Positions 15,716 through 25,553 are shown, numbered from the stretch's first letter. The stretch is DNA of 31,153 nucleotides from a virus (IMGVR_UViG_2671180603_000011:1-31153); one strand, 5' to 3'. The notes: a model not told the origin generated them from the sequence alone. A program made the numbers and translations.

Positions 15716-17535
15716 GCAGCCTTCCCGAATGCCCACACCGAGGGGCGGTCATATTCATAGTCGAGCGGTTCATTACAGACCGCGTGCGATATGGCAAAAA
15801 ATACGTCCGCGTGACCGGTCGTTTCGCTGCGTTCGGCGGCGAACGTCATTGCGTTCTGACTGGCAGTCATTACACGGCGGATGGCCATAAATGCCAGCGG
15901 GATATCGGCACGTTCTTTTGTCACCTCATCAACCGCATCTTTCACCCACTGGATACGTCGCCGCTCAATGAGGTCAATCATCTTAAGCACCAGTTTATTT
16001 TTATTATCAACACTGTAGTTAATCCCCATCACCTCACGCGGTGCGGAGCGTACCAGTTGATCATAAACACCCCGGCCAATACCCGTGATATCCACCCCGA
16101 TATGCGTAAACCGGTAGCGTTTCATTAATTCTTCAATCTGCTTAACCTGCCAGGTGAAGTTAAGCCCCACCCACTGGTAGACAGCCAGCACGCGAAATTT
16201 TTCTTTAGGCTCAACAGGCGGGGCCACAATAACAAATGTTGAGTTATCACCCGTTCGTGACGGATCAAAACCGCCCCACACCTCACGATTACCAAAAGGC
16301 CGTAATGCGGAGGGGTCGAAGTCCTGCCAGATGCCGAACTCAACCTCACATTTTTCAAGGTCTGAGAATTTAAATACTGTGTCGCGGGAGTCAGTGAACT
16401 CACACATGTACAGCATGGCAAACGCCGTGGCGCTGTAGCGGTTACGCAGCTTCTCAATGTTAACTCTGGCACTGAGTCCCTTAGCGCACGCATCCTCCAT
16501 TGTGATGACATAGCGCCAGATCCCGTCAGGGCAGACCTGTCCACCTTTACGCAATTCCTTGCTGGTCGGGAACTCCGCCGCCTTACGTTTCGGATCGTCG
16601 CCCTTCCATTCATCCCCTGTCCACAGCCTGTAAGCCTGGTGCGTTTTAGCGCTGGGGGTTGAAAAATAGGTAATACGGAATTCGTCATGCGTCGCCATCG
16701 CTGACGCCACTTCATGCAGGCGGGCAAATTTCGGTATCCAGAAGACCTCATCCCCGTACAGGTCGCCACTGTAGGACTGCGCCGTATTGGGATTGGTCGC
16801 CAGAAAACGCAGTATCGCACCATTGCTGAGGCGAATCGGGTTGCCTTTAAGCTCGACACCAAAGAATTGCTGCGCAATACTGAGAATATAGAAACGGAAA
16901 ACTTCCGCCTGGGGTTTACTGGCGGAAAAGAATATCTGATTCTTGCCCGTGAGAACGGCCTTTTCAAACCCTTCCCATGCAAAATAGTAGGTAAATCCTT
17001 CCTGTCGCCCTTTCAGAATGAAGCGGAACAGTTCGTCGCCGTGCTCACGCACATATTGCTGATATTCAAACAGATGACCATTCGCTTTTTCATCAAATAT
17101 TTCTTTTGTCAGTCCGCCGACATCATTTTTACGTAGTCGCTTCCTTTTTTTACCACCTTCGTCATTCCCTTCTTCACTGCTACCCTGTCGGCCATCATTG
17201 ACCACCACGCCGGTATTGACCATCGCCCGGATCTCTTCCATCCGTTCAGCATGTTTGTTCTTCTGCGCCATCAGCCTGACGTGCTGGGATATCAGGAAGC
17301 GCAGCTCTTCAAGCTCAAGCTCGCTTTTACCATCCTTGCAGGTCAGTCGTTCCACTCGCCGGGCGACAGCCACTTCCACCGACTCGGCTGGTAACATTTC
17401 ATTCCATTGCCCCCGGACAGCCCAGTTATAAACGGTACGCACAGGAAGCCCCAGCGTGGCCGCTATCTCTTTTGGTGTACTGAATTTCAGATACAGGGCG
17501 CGGGCAGCGTCCCTGACTTCTTCGGTATATTTCAT
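15712..17535 (-). CDS. Terminase large (ATPase) subunit (P2 gpP-like)
   Basis: About 607 aa starting at MKYTEEV; N-terminal HTH-like segment; size and position match the terminase ATPase upstream of the portal. The track ORF extends to 17730, but that N-terminal extension is hydrophobic and unsupported. Confidence 0.8.
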   Translation of the reverse strand: MKYTEEVRDAARALYLKFSTPKEIAATLGLPVRTVYNWAVRGQWNEMLPAESVEVAVARRVERLTCKDGKSELELEELRFLISQHVRLMAQKNKHAERMEEIRAMVNTGVVVNDGRQGSSEEGNDEGGKKRKRLRKNDVGGLTKEIFDEKANGHLFEYQQYVREHGDELFRFILKGRQEGFTYYFAWEGFEKAVLTGKNQIFFSASKPQAEVFRFYILSIAQQFFGVELKGNPIRLSNGAILRFLATNPNTAQSYSGDLYGDEVFWIPKFARLHEVASAMATHDEFRITYFSTPSAKTHQAYRLWTGDEWKGDDPKRKAAEFPTSKELRKGGQVCPDGIWRYVITMEDACAKGLSARVNIEKLRNRYSATAFAMLYMCEFTDSRDTVFKFSDLEKCEVEFGIWQDFDPSALRPFGNREVWGGFDPSRTGDNSTFVIVAPPVEPKEKFRVLAVYQWVGLNFTWQVKQIEELMKRYRFTHIGVDITGIGRGVYDQLVRSAPREVMGINYSVDNKNKLVLKMIDLIERRRIQWVKDAVDEVTKERADIPLAFMAIRRVMTASQNAMTFAAERSETTGHADVFFAISHAVCNEPLDYEYDRPSVWAFGKAA

Positions 17536-17632
17536 TCGCCCATCATAAAGAGCAATAACACTCTGAAATATCGTTAAATTTTGGCATTTTTCGCACATAA
17601 AATCATATACGAAAAGCCCGGATTCAGAACGA

Positions 17633-18805
17633 ATGAAACCCGCGAAAACAGCCGCAATAATACCGCCAGATACATCAAAAAGCGGTAATGAAATGGCAAA
17701 GCAGAAATACACCACTGACTGGATATGCATAGCAACCGAAGGCTACGCCATCGACGGTCGCCCCATTACCCGCGAAATGATCCAGCAGGCCGCTGACAAC
17801 TACAGCACCGCCAGATACACAGCGATGATCTGGCCTAATCACCCCGTATACAGTCTTCAGGAGCGAGAATTTACCCCCAATCTGGGGCTTGTTTCCGAGC
17901 TGGCGGCTAAAGAAGACGCCGGAAGACTGCGCCTTATGGCGAAGCTGGAGCCTAACCAGGCGCTGGTTAACCTTAACGATCGCGGCCAGAAGCTCTTTAC
18001 CTCGTGCGAGTTCTGGGAGAACTATGCCAACACCGGGCAAACCTATCTGTACGGGCTGGCAGCAACCGACAGTCCGGCAAGTCTGGGAACCCAGCGCATG
18101 GAAATCAAATCAGTGGAAAACAACACACAGGGCTCACGTCCGCAGTATGCCGCCGCTGGAAATATTGAAATGTTCAGTCTTGGGCGTCTGACGCTGGTCG
18201 CTGACACCCCAACAAATCATCATGAGGATAAATCCATGACTAAAGAACAGGCGAACCAGTTGCTAGCCCAGATTGTCACTCTGACGGCAAAAATTGACGC
18301 GCAGGCGAACACGCAACCACAGGCACAGCAACCCGCACCGGCGCAGCCCACGGCATCCGCAACAGCAGACACACAGCCAGTAACCGGGGATTTCAGCGCT
18401 CACGCTAATCACGTTGCGGAGCTGAGTGAAAAGCTTTCCGTTGCCACTGACACACTGGCCATCAACCCGAAAGACGACACGGCACGCCAGAACTACACCA
18501 CCGCCGTGACGGAGCTACAGACCGCACTTAACACCTTTACGGTGCAGCCACAGGATGCTGAAACCGCAAAACTCCAGGCACGTATCGCCGCCCGTAATGG
18601 CGGACAACAGCCAGCGCCAGCCGCAGCGCAGAATTTCAGTACCCGAAAGACGGAAAAAGATGATGAGGCCGACGCCGCCACACTGACAACGCTTACCAGT
18701 GCAATCGAAAATCTGAGCCAGCGTTTTTCGGCCATTGAAGCCCGGCGCACACCGATGCCGGGCGTAGCACCCGGCGGACAACCCGCACAGTTTGAGCCGC
18801 TGTAA
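17633..18805 (+). CDS. Capsid scaffolding protein (P2 gpO-like)
   Basis: Diverges from the terminase gene; segment CEFWENYANTGQTYLYGLAATDSPASLGT resembles the conserved gpO core as recalled; Ala/Gln-rich coiled-coil C-terminus. An alternative start at 17693 (MAKQKY) is plausible. Confidence 0.7.
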   Translation: MKPAKTAAIIPPDTSKSGNEMAKQKYTTDWICIATEGYAIDGRPITREMIQQAADNYSTARYTAMIWPNHPVYSLQEREFTPNLGLVSELAAKEDAGRLRLMAKLEPNQALVNLNDRGQKLFTSCEFWENYANTGQTYLYGLAATDSPASLGTQRMEIKSVENNTQGSRPQYAAAGNIEMFSLGRLTLVADTPTNHHEDKSMTKEQANQLLAQIVTLTAKIDAQANTQPQAQQPAPAQPTASATADTQPVTGDFSAHANHVAELSEKLSVATDTLAINPKDDTARQNYTTAVTELQTALNTFTVQPQDAETAKLQARIAARNGGQQPAPAAAQNFSTRKTEKDDEADAATLTTLTSAIENLSQRFSAIEARRTPMPGVAPGGQPAQFEPL

Positions 18806-18853
18806 GCGGTCGTTGAGAAAAACAGACAAAAGGACCAACCGGAGAAAAAACCA

Positions 18854-19903
18854 ATGGCCGCACAGATGTTATCACCACAGGCGCAAAAGTTTTTGCGTAA
18901 TTACGCCATTTCGATGGCAAAAGCCAATGGCGTATTTACAGCACAACAGTTTTTTACCATCAGCCCACCGCGTGAAACCCTGCTACGCGATGCCCTGATT
19001 GAGAATGCCGACCCGTTCATGGGCAAGATCACCGTCATGCTGGTCGAACAGCTTGTCGGCCAGGTAGTCAGTACCGGAATTCCGGGGTTGTATACCGGGC
19101 GCAAGAAAGACGGACGCTTCAATAAAGCGCTGGGGAGTGAAGGCAACGAGTACAAGCTTTACGAAGTGGATTCCGGTTCATTCCTGGACTACACCACCCT
19201 GACCAACTGGGCAAACGCAGGCACCGAAAACGAGTTCTATAACCGTCTTCAGGCGTTCTTTTACAAGTCAGTCACCAACGACCTGTTACGCGTGGCACTG
19301 AACGGTACACATGCCGCAGATGAAACCAATCCTGATACCTGCCCGAACGGGGAAGATATTCACCCGGGATGGCATCAGATTGTTAAAGCGCGCACACCAA
19401 AACAGATCATTACTGACAAGGTCGTATTGAACCGTACAGGAACCGGGGCTGATTTTACGTCTGTTGATGCTATTGCCGCCGATGTAATCAATACCTGCAT
19501 TCCACCCGAATTCCGTCAACACCCGGATCTGGTTGTACTGGTATCACAGAACATTATCGCAGCAGATACGGTCAGTATGCTGAACCGCATCGACCGCCCG
19601 ACAGAAAAAGTCGCCGCCCAGCTTATCAACCGTGAGATCGCCGGACGCAAGTCATTCAGTCCGCCATTTATGCCGGATAACCGCCTGGTTGTCACCACGC
19701 TCTGGAATCTGCATATGTACTTCCAGCGCGGAACACAGCAACGCCGTGCCGAATGGATTGATGACCGCAAACGCTTCGAAAACAACTGGCTGCGTATGCA
19801 GGGTTGCGCCGTGGAATATGACGCACTCTACGGTTCGTTTGACAACATTGAACTGGCAGGACTGCCATCACCTGAACATGCGAAACCAAACCAGGCAGCG
19901 TAA
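18854..19903 (+). CDS. Major capsid protein (P2 gpN-like)
   Basis: 349 aa; positioned between the scaffold and small-terminase genes; segment HPDLVVLVSQNIIAAD resembles the P2 N DPDLVVIVG region as recalled; GGAG-containing ribosome-binding site. Confidence 0.75.
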   Translation: MAAQMLSPQAQKFLRNYAISMAKANGVFTAQQFFTISPPRETLLRDALIENADPFMGKITVMLVEQLVGQVVSTGIPGLYTGRKKDGRFNKALGSEGNEYKLYEVDSGSFLDYTTLTNWANAGTENEFYNRLQAFFYKSVTNDLLRVALNGTHAADETNPDTCPNGEDIHPGWHQIVKARTPKQIITDKVVLNRTGTGADFTSVDAIAADVINTCIPPEFRQHPDLVVLVSQNIIAADTVSMLNRIDRPTEKVAAQLINREIAGRKSFSPPFMPDNRLVVTTLWNLHMYFQRGTQQRRAEWIDDRKRFENNWLRMQGCAVEYDALYGSFDNIELAGLPSPEHAKPNQAA

Positions 19904-19914
19904 CGGACTGACGT

Positions 19915-20616
19915 ATGCAGACTCCGGCGCAAAAGTTCAGAGCCAGACTGGCCGCGCAGCAGGCAATGGAACACCGCGAGGCACTGACCGTACGCGACAG
20001 TCTTCATCTGCAACTGGCGCAACTGGAAATCGACTGCAGGGCTGTGAGCAGTTGCGCCACCAACGCCGATCGTGTGGCATTCAAGCGTGAATCCCTGCTG
20101 CCGCGCTGGATGCCGACGATTGAGGCGTGGCTGCAAAGCGGCGAGGAGTACAAATACATCCCGTTTACCTGGTGCATCGTCTGGCTGTTTGATACCGGCG
20201 AAATGGACAAAGCTCTGGAATGGGCCGATATCGCCATCGGACAGAATCAACCCATGCCACCACGCTTTGACCGTGATTTGCCAACGTTCGTCGCCGATGA
20301 GGTCATGCAGTGGGCACAGATTCAGTTTGATAAAGGCCTTTCCGTCGAGCCCTATTTCAGCCGCGTGATGAGCCATATCGAAAAAGACTGGACACTGCAC
20401 GAAGAGATAGTTGCCAGATGGTACAAATTCGCCGGTCTTAACCTGTTACGGGACAGCGATGGCAAACCGACAACCCCGGCCGCCATTTACGACGTGGCGA
20501 AACTACGTAGCGCCGATGAGTGGATGGCCCGTGCGCACAGCACCACTCCCAAAGCAGGTGTTCGCGCCATACGAAACAAAATAGCCGCCCGTCTGCGCGC
20601 ATTACGGGCGGTATAA
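19915..20616 (+). CDS. Terminase small/endonuclease subunit (P2 gpM-like)
   Basis: 233 aa; follows the capsid gene as M follows N in P2; sequence pattern (LLPRWMP ... WLFDTGE) resembles gpM as recalled. Confidence 0.6.
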   Translation: MQTPAQKFRARLAAQQAMEHREALTVRDSLHLQLAQLEIDCRAVSSCATNADRVAFKRESLLPRWMPTIEAWLQSGEEYKYIPFTWCIVWLFDTGEMDKALEWADIAIGQNQPMPPRFDRDLPTFVADEVMQWAQIQFDKGLSVEPYFSRVMSHIEKDWTLHEEIVARWYKFAGLNLLRDSDGKPTTPAAIYDVAKLRSADEWMARAHSTTPKAGVRAIRNKIAARLRALRAV

Positions 20617-20720
20617 CGAAAGCCCCACGGCTTCAGGCGGGCACGGTGAGGATGACACGCACAAGCGTCAGTCATGCCGCGGAACCGTTCGCCCGACCTG
20701 ACCTACACAGAGAATCAGTC

Positions 20721-21191
20721 ATGAACCTGAAACCAGGCTACAGCACAGACCAGAACACAGACACTGCTACAGGCATGCTTAAAAATGATGGCTTCTGGCC
20801 GGATCTGTCCATGGCTGATTTTCGCAAAAGCCGAACTATCCCACTGGATATCCCTGCATCACTGGCAGAACAGGCGTTATTGTCTGCCGTCTTTGAGGTG
20901 AACACCGCACTGACCGGTGTGAAATCCCGCTACGTAGTGCAGGGAACAGCGCAGGCGGCGGACGTGGAAGGCCCGCAACTTAACGGAGAAAGCGCCCTTT
21001 GCGCACAATACAAAAAAGCGGTCTTTGCCCGCGCCAAAGCCGATCTTCTCGGTGAGTTTACGGCGGTGAACACCCGCCACGCCGACAGCAATATCGACAG
21101 TAATGACACCCGCGAAACCCTGCTTGCTGAAGCGGCCTTTGTGCTGCGTGCTATCCAGGGCGCAGGCCGTGTGGGAGTGTACATCTTATGA
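20721..21191 (+). CDS. Head completion/stabilisation protein (P2 gpL-like)
   Basis: About 156 aa from the ATG at 20721; the track ORF begins at 20520, but the upstream part overlaps the preceding gene tail and intergenic DNA. Assignment is positional (after the M-like gene). Confidence 0.5.
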   Translation: MNLKPGYSTDQNTDTATGMLKNDGFWPDLSMADFRKSRTIPLDIPASLAEQALLSAVFEVNTALTGVKSRYVVQGTAQAADVEGPQLNGESALCAQYKKAVFARAKADLLGEFTAVNTRHADSNIDSNDTRETLLAEAAFVLRAIQGAGRVGVYIL

Positions 21192-21667
21192 GCCAGTTCG
21201 ACAGCCTTTATGCATATCTGCGGCAGGTGTTTGACATTTCCGTGTTTGACAATACCGGCTTTGATTCGTGGATGAGTGATATTCGTCTTTTGCCCGCAGA
21301 GAAAGACATGGGGCTTGGACAGATAAGAATGGGTATTCGCCAGTACAACGCCGTGTTCGACTGGCAGCGCTGGCCATGGCGTCAGGTTGACCCTGATTTG
21401 CTGTTATGCGCCCTGCTTGTCTGGCGGGACGAACAGGCTAATGACTACTACAGCCAGCTTGAGCTTGATGCGCCGGATGTCAACATCGAACCCACGGACG
21501 ACAACATTGCAGAAGTGACTGTCAGTATGCCGCTCGCTGACCCCATCATTCTGATCCCGGACGAGGCCGGTTTTATCATGATGGGCGGCATCCGTTACCG
21601 GCTGGATAAGCCAGAGATCTGGGTGGCAGAAAATATCACTGTATCCACCATCAGGGCAGGGAAATAA
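21188..21667 (+). CDS. Hypothetical virion structural protein (head-tail joining or tail completion candidate)
   Basis: 159 aa; start overlaps the stop of the L-like gene; position within the morphogenesis operon. Confidence 0.35.
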   Translation: MSQFDSLYAYLRQVFDISVFDNTGFDSWMSDIRLLPAEKDMGLGQIRMGIRQYNAVFDWQRWPWRQVDPDLLLCALLVWRDEQANDYYSQLELDAPDVNIEPTDDNIAEVTVSMPLADPIILIPDEAGFIMMGGIRYRLDKPEIWVAENITVSTIRAGK

Positions 21668-21670
21668 ACA

Positions 21671-22399
21671 ATGGACATCTCCCTGCACGGCGAACTTAAC
21701 CGGACACAGCTTAAGCAGTTGCAGACAATGCTGGCCAACGGTGAGCTCCCCCCGGCAAAACAACAGCGTCTGCTGCAGCGTATCGCAAAACGCGGCGTTA
21801 TTCCGGCCGCAAAGCGCCATGTTCGCGAACAAAAGAATGTTGATGGCAGCAGTTTTGCAGAACGCCGCTATGGCAACAGACCGCTGCTGAAGGGGCTCCC
21901 TAAATTTCTGAAAGTGCACGACATGCCATCAGCGAAATCGGTGCGTATATACGCAGCAGGCAGGAGCTATCGCCAGCCCCACAACCACAGGGAAATCAGC
22001 GTGGGTGCAGTGGGATATATCCAGAGCCATGGCGTTACGTTCACAGTGAACGCATCGCAGCTGAAAACCGACGCGATGGAAAAAGCCAGCAAGGAACCCT
22101 GCTCCCGCCGTCAGGCGATAAAGCTGCGCAAGCTGGGCTATACGGTGAGCGACAAAAAAAGGGGGACGCGCCGCAAACCATCAACGGCAGATATCCGGAC
22201 GTCGCTCACGAAAGGGCAGGCAGGCGTGATTATCCGCAGCATGGAAGGCATACCATCCAAAAGCTGCTGGACGATAACCATCCCACCCCGTCAGTTCCTT
22301 GGTGTCAGTAACGAGGAATTTGCACGGATACTGTCCCGCCAGTTGCAGGGCATCAATTATGGCTGGCAGACAAAGCCGCAGGACATTAAGAGGAAATAA
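21671..22399 (+). CDS. Hypothetical virion morphogenesis protein
   Basis: 242 aa; tightly spaced in the late operon between the head and putative sheath genes. Confidence 0.35.
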   Translation: MDISLHGELNRTQLKQLQTMLANGELPPAKQQRLLQRIAKRGVIPAAKRHVREQKNVDGSSFAERRYGNRPLLKGLPKFLKVHDMPSAKSVRIYAAGRSYRQPHNHREISVGAVGYIQSHGVTFTVNASQLKTDAMEKASKEPCSRRQAIKLRKLGYTVSDKKRGTRRKPSTADIRTSLTKGQAGVIIRSMEGIPSKSCWTITIPPRQFLGVSNEEFARILSRQLQGINYGWQTKPQDIKRK

Positions 22400-22402
22400 C
22401 CC

Positions 22403-23527
22403 ATGACGTTTCCACAGGTCACAATTAATCAGCTCAACACCCACAGCGGAAGCAAGCGTGGGATCGCCTGCACCCTGCTGATGGTGGGCGAGCATACAAA
22501 AGCCATTCTCCCGACACCGGTTACAGCACAAACCGATCTTGACTCGCTGTTAGGAACAAAGGATTCATTGTTACGCAGTAACGTGCAGGCGTTTCTGGAT
22601 AATGCCGGACAAAATGCCATGATCTGGCTGGCAACCGTGCAGACACCCCAGCCTTCTGGTCAGACCCGAACGTGGGCTGATGTGGTTATGGATGCACAGG
22701 CCACCCTCTCGGTAGAAGGCGTTGTCGTTGTTCGCGCTAACGCCTCAGGTAACGATATCGACAAAGCGCAGCAACTGCGCAGCGAACTCAATAACACCTT
22801 CCAGCGCTGGACATGGTTTATCCTGGCTGTTCGCGGCTGCGGAACAGGCGAGAAGTGGTCAGAATACGTCACCGCCATGACCGGACTACAGAAAGGCATT
22901 GCCGCTTACGCGGTGCAGCTTACCCCGATGCTGTTCGGCAATGAACCGGGGATACTGGCCGGTCGCCTTTGCAATCCATCAGTGACGATTGCTGATTCCC
23001 CCGCCCGTGTTGCAACCGGCGCACTGGTCAATATGGGCCGCAACGATAAACCGCAGGACAGCGACAAGCGCGAACTGGACATTGCCACCATCAGGGCCCT
23101 GAACAGGGCGCGTTTCAGCGTACCAACGTGGTATCCCGACTACGAAGGTTACTACTGGGCCGACGGCGTCACGCTCGATGTGGACGGTGGCGATTATCAG
23201 GCTATCGAATATCTGCGCGTTGCCGATGAAATGGCCCGTCAGGTGCGTTTGCTGGCTATCCCAAAAATCGCCAATCGCTCACTGAACTCCACCCCGGCAA
23301 GTGTGGCCGCGCACCAACAGCTTTTCGCGAAGCCCATGCGCGACAGCGCAAAGAGCCTGAAAATCAACGGCACGGTATTCCCTGGCCTTTGCATGTCACC
23401 GCGCGACGGCGACGTAAAAATCTCATGGCCGGAAAAAGACAAAGTGCAGATTGCGATCGTGGTTCGCCCGTATAACTGCCCGAAAGAAATCACCATCAGC
23501 ATCATGCTGGACGAAAGCGGAGAGTAA
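22403..23527 (+). CDS. Putative tail sheath protein (DUF2586-like)
   Basis: 374 aa, immediately followed by a roughly 150-aa tube-like gene, which is the typical sheath-tube pairing. Family assignment is from memory and uncertain. Confidence 0.4.
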   Translation: MTFPQVTINQLNTHSGSKRGIACTLLMVGEHTKAILPTPVTAQTDLDSLLGTKDSLLRSNVQAFLDNAGQNAMIWLATVQTPQPSGQTRTWADVVMDAQATLSVEGVVVVRANASGNDIDKAQQLRSELNNTFQRWTWFILAVRGCGTGEKWSEYVTAMTGLQKGIAAYAVQLTPMLFGNEPGILAGRLCNPSVTIADSPARVATGALVNMGRNDKPQDSDKRELDIATIRALNRARFSVPTWYPDYEGYYWADGVTLDVDGGDYQAIEYLRVADEMARQVRLLAIPKIANRSLNSTPASVAAHQQLFAKPMRDSAKSLKINGTVFPGLCMSPRDGDVKISWPEKDKVQIAIVVRPYNCPKEITISIMLDESGE

Positions 23528-23530
23528 CCC

Positions 23531-23992
23531 ATGAACACCGAACGCATCAGTGGTATGAGCTTTGACACGTCATTTAATGGCCGCATCGTTCACGTAAAAA
23601 CCGCCACCCTTGATATTACCGACAACACCAAAGCCATTCAGGAGCGCGGTGTACCTGATGGCTGGGTACGCGGCGACGTGGAAGCCGGCGGTGAAATTGA
23701 ACTGGATACCGTTAACTTCCAGCTTCTTGGTGAAGCCGCGCGTGAAGCAGGGAGCTGGCGCGACATCGAAGAAGCCGACTTTCTCTTCTTTGCCCGTGCA
23801 GCAAAGACAGAACTCAGGGTGGAAGCCTTTGGTTGCAAACTGCTGATCAGTAACCTGCTGAATATCGACAGCAAGGGCGGTGACAACATAAGCCATAAAA
23901 TCAAATTTATGGTGACTTCGCCGGAGTTCGTCAAAATTGACGGTGTTCCGGTTCTCAGCGCCACCGATGTTCGGGACATCATGAACCAATAG
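23531..23992 (+). CDS. Putative tail tube protein
   Basis: 153 aa gene directly after the sheath-like gene; positional inference. Confidence 0.4.
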   Translation: MNTERISGMSFDTSFNGRIVHVKTATLDITDNTKAIQERGVPDGWVRGDVEAGGEIELDTVNFQLLGEAAREAGSWRDIEEADFLFFARAAKTELRVEAFGCKLLISNLLNIDSKGGDNISHKIKFMVTSPEFVKIDGVPVLSATDVRDIMNQ

Positions 23993-24000
23993 GAAAGACA

Positions 24001-24339
24001 ATGCAAAGCACCCCCCACAACTGGAGCGACTGGCTGGCGATAATCAAAGACTGGTTACGTGGTGATATCCCTCTTGACAGTCTGCTGATGACTGCCGTCA
24101 TTGCAGCACTCAGAGTGTTTTACACAGGCCGCAGCTGGCGTCGTCTTTTGCTTGAGGTGCCGTTGTGTTGCCTGCTGGCCGTGGCGGCATTCACCCTCAT
24201 TAAGCCGGTCCCCGTCGCATGGCTGACCGAAGACTGGCGCGTCGGTATCGGTGCCGCAATTGGCCTTATTGGTGTTGAACATATCCGGGCACTGGGTGTG
24301 TTCATCACAAAGAAATTTGCAGGGAAAAGTGACGAATGA
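24001..24339 (+). CDS. Holin (class I, lambda S-like topology)
   Basis: 112 aa with three predicted transmembrane segments and a charged C-terminus (KKFAGKSDE); directly precedes the lysozyme gene with an ATGA overlap. Confidence 0.65.
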   Translation: MQSTPHNWSDWLAIIKDWLRGDIPLDSLLMTAVIAALRVFYTGRSWRRLLLEVPLCCLLAVAAFTLIKPVPVAWLTEDWRVGIGAAIGLIGVEHIRALGVFITKKFAGKSDE

Positions 24340-24779
24340 AAATTTCAGACAACGGGCTGGCCGCACTTAAACGCGAAGAAAACTGCAAACTGACCGCTTA
24401 CCCCGATCCGCGCGGCGTATGGACCATTGGTACAGGTCACACAGGAAAGGTTGATGGTGTCGCAGTTCACAAAGGCATGACCATCACCCAGGACACCGCC
24501 GACAGACTGCTACGCGACGATCTGTCATGGGTGGAGCACTGCATCGCTGAACGGGTAACAGTTCCGCTGAACCAGAGTCAGTATGACGCGTTGTGTAGCC
24601 TGATTTTCAATATCGGCGCTGACGCTTTTATCGGTTCCACCGTTCGCCGTCAGTTAAACGCCGGCAACTACACCGCCGCCGCTGATGCTTTCCTGAAATG
24701 GAGCCGCGCAGGCAGTAACCCGACAATTCTGGCCCCGCGTCGCGGACGTGAGCGGGCAATGTTTCTGGGACAGAGGTAA
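24336..24779 (+). CDS. Phage lysozyme (T4-lysozyme-like muramidase, GH24)
   Basis: Catalytic triad spacing E-x8-D-x5-T within REENCKLTAYPDPRGVWTIGTGHT, matching the T4 lysozyme E11/D20/T26 arrangement. Confidence 0.85.
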   Translation: MKISDNGLAALKREENCKLTAYPDPRGVWTIGTGHTGKVDGVAVHKGMTITQDTADRLLRDDLSWVEHCIAERVTVPLNQSQYDALCSLIFNIGADAFIGSTVRRQLNAGNYTAAADAFLKWSRAGSNPTILAPRRGRERAMFLGQR

Positions 24780-24785
24780 GGCCAC

Positions 24786-25250
24786 ATGAAACGCGCAACA
24801 CTCGCCTTTATCGTCTTCATGGTCGTCGCCGTGGCCGTGCTCGGCTTCACAGCTGACTACTGGCACAACCGCTTCACCAGGGCAGAAAAAGCCCGCCAGA
24901 AAGCCGTAAATCTTGCCGACACCCGACAGCAGACCATTGACGACATGACACTGCGTCAGCGCCAGAACGCCGCGCTTGATGCGAAATACACAAAGGAGCT
25001 CGCCAATGCAAAAGCTGAATCCGAAAAGTTACGCGCCGATCTTGCTTCTGGCCGTCGCCGGTTGCAGCTCCACGCCGTCTGTATGCCCGCCGCCACGCGT
25101 GATACCACCGCCACCGGCTCAACTGATGCAACCGCCGCCCGACTTACTCCGGACGCTGAACGGGATTATCAGCATCTCAGAGCCGAAGCGAAAGCCGTCG
25201 TTGCACAAGTGAACGGCCTGCAACAGTACATTACTGAACAATGTCATTAA
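24786..25250 (+). CDS. Rz-like inner-membrane spanin (i-spanin)
   Basis: 154 aa; N-terminal signal-anchor helix LAFIVFMVVAVAVLGF followed by a long charged coiled-coil region; follows the lysozyme gene. Confidence 0.7.
   Translation: MKRATLAFIVFMVVAVAVLGFTADYWHNRFTRAEKARQKAVNLADTRQQTIDDMTLRQRQNAALDAKYTKELANAKAESEKLRADLASGRRRLQLHAVCMPAATRDTTATGSTDATAARLTPDAERDYQHLRAEAKAVVAQVNGLQQYITEQCH
25006..25212 (+). CDS. Rz1-like outer-membrane lipoprotein spanin (o-spanin) embedded in the +1 frame of Rz
   Basis: ATG at 25006 preceded by AAAGGAG (24992-24998); lipobox LAVAGC; Pro-rich mature part (CPPPRVIPPPPAQLMQPPPD); wholly inside the Rz gene. Confidence 0.65.
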   Translation: MQKLNPKSYAPILLLAVAGCSSTPSVCPPPRVIPPPPAQLMQPPPDLLRTLNGIISISEPKRKPSLHK

Positions 25251-25280
25251 AAAATGGCACCACTCACCGGGGAAAATAGC

Positions 25281-25553
25281 ATGAAAGACGAAAATACCAC
25301 CATCATCACCCTGACCGTCGCAGGCGAGGACATTCGCTTCGCCCCGACCGAAGCTGTCTACAACAAGTTCGTGAATGAAATAACGATGGATAACAAGGTG
25401 GCGCCAGCCAAAAACTACCTGATGCGCTGTGTACACCCGGAAGACAAAGAGAAACTGGAGAAGCTCATTCACCGCCCGGGAGCAGCCCTTCAGATGGCAG
25501 CAAAACTCAATGAAGATTTTGCCGTCAATCTGGATATCACCGTAAAAAAATAA
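25281..25553 (+). CDS. Tail assembly chaperone (gpE/gpG-like), zero-frame product
   Basis: About 90 aa gene immediately upstream of the tape measure gene; ends in a slippery A-run; GGGGA ribosome-binding site before the ATG at 25281. The track ORF starts at 25254. Confidence 0.55.
   Translation: MKDENTTIITLTVAGEDIRFAPTEAVYNKFVNEITMDNKVAPAKNYLMRCVHPEDKEKLEKLIHRPGAALQMAAKLNEDFAVNLDITVKK

Noticed and set aside
16125-16982. 285-aa minus-strand ORF in an alternative frame inside the terminase gene
   Set aside because: Entirely nested within the well-supported terminase ATPase reading frame; Arg/Ser-rich translation typical of an off-frame read of GC-rich coding DNA.
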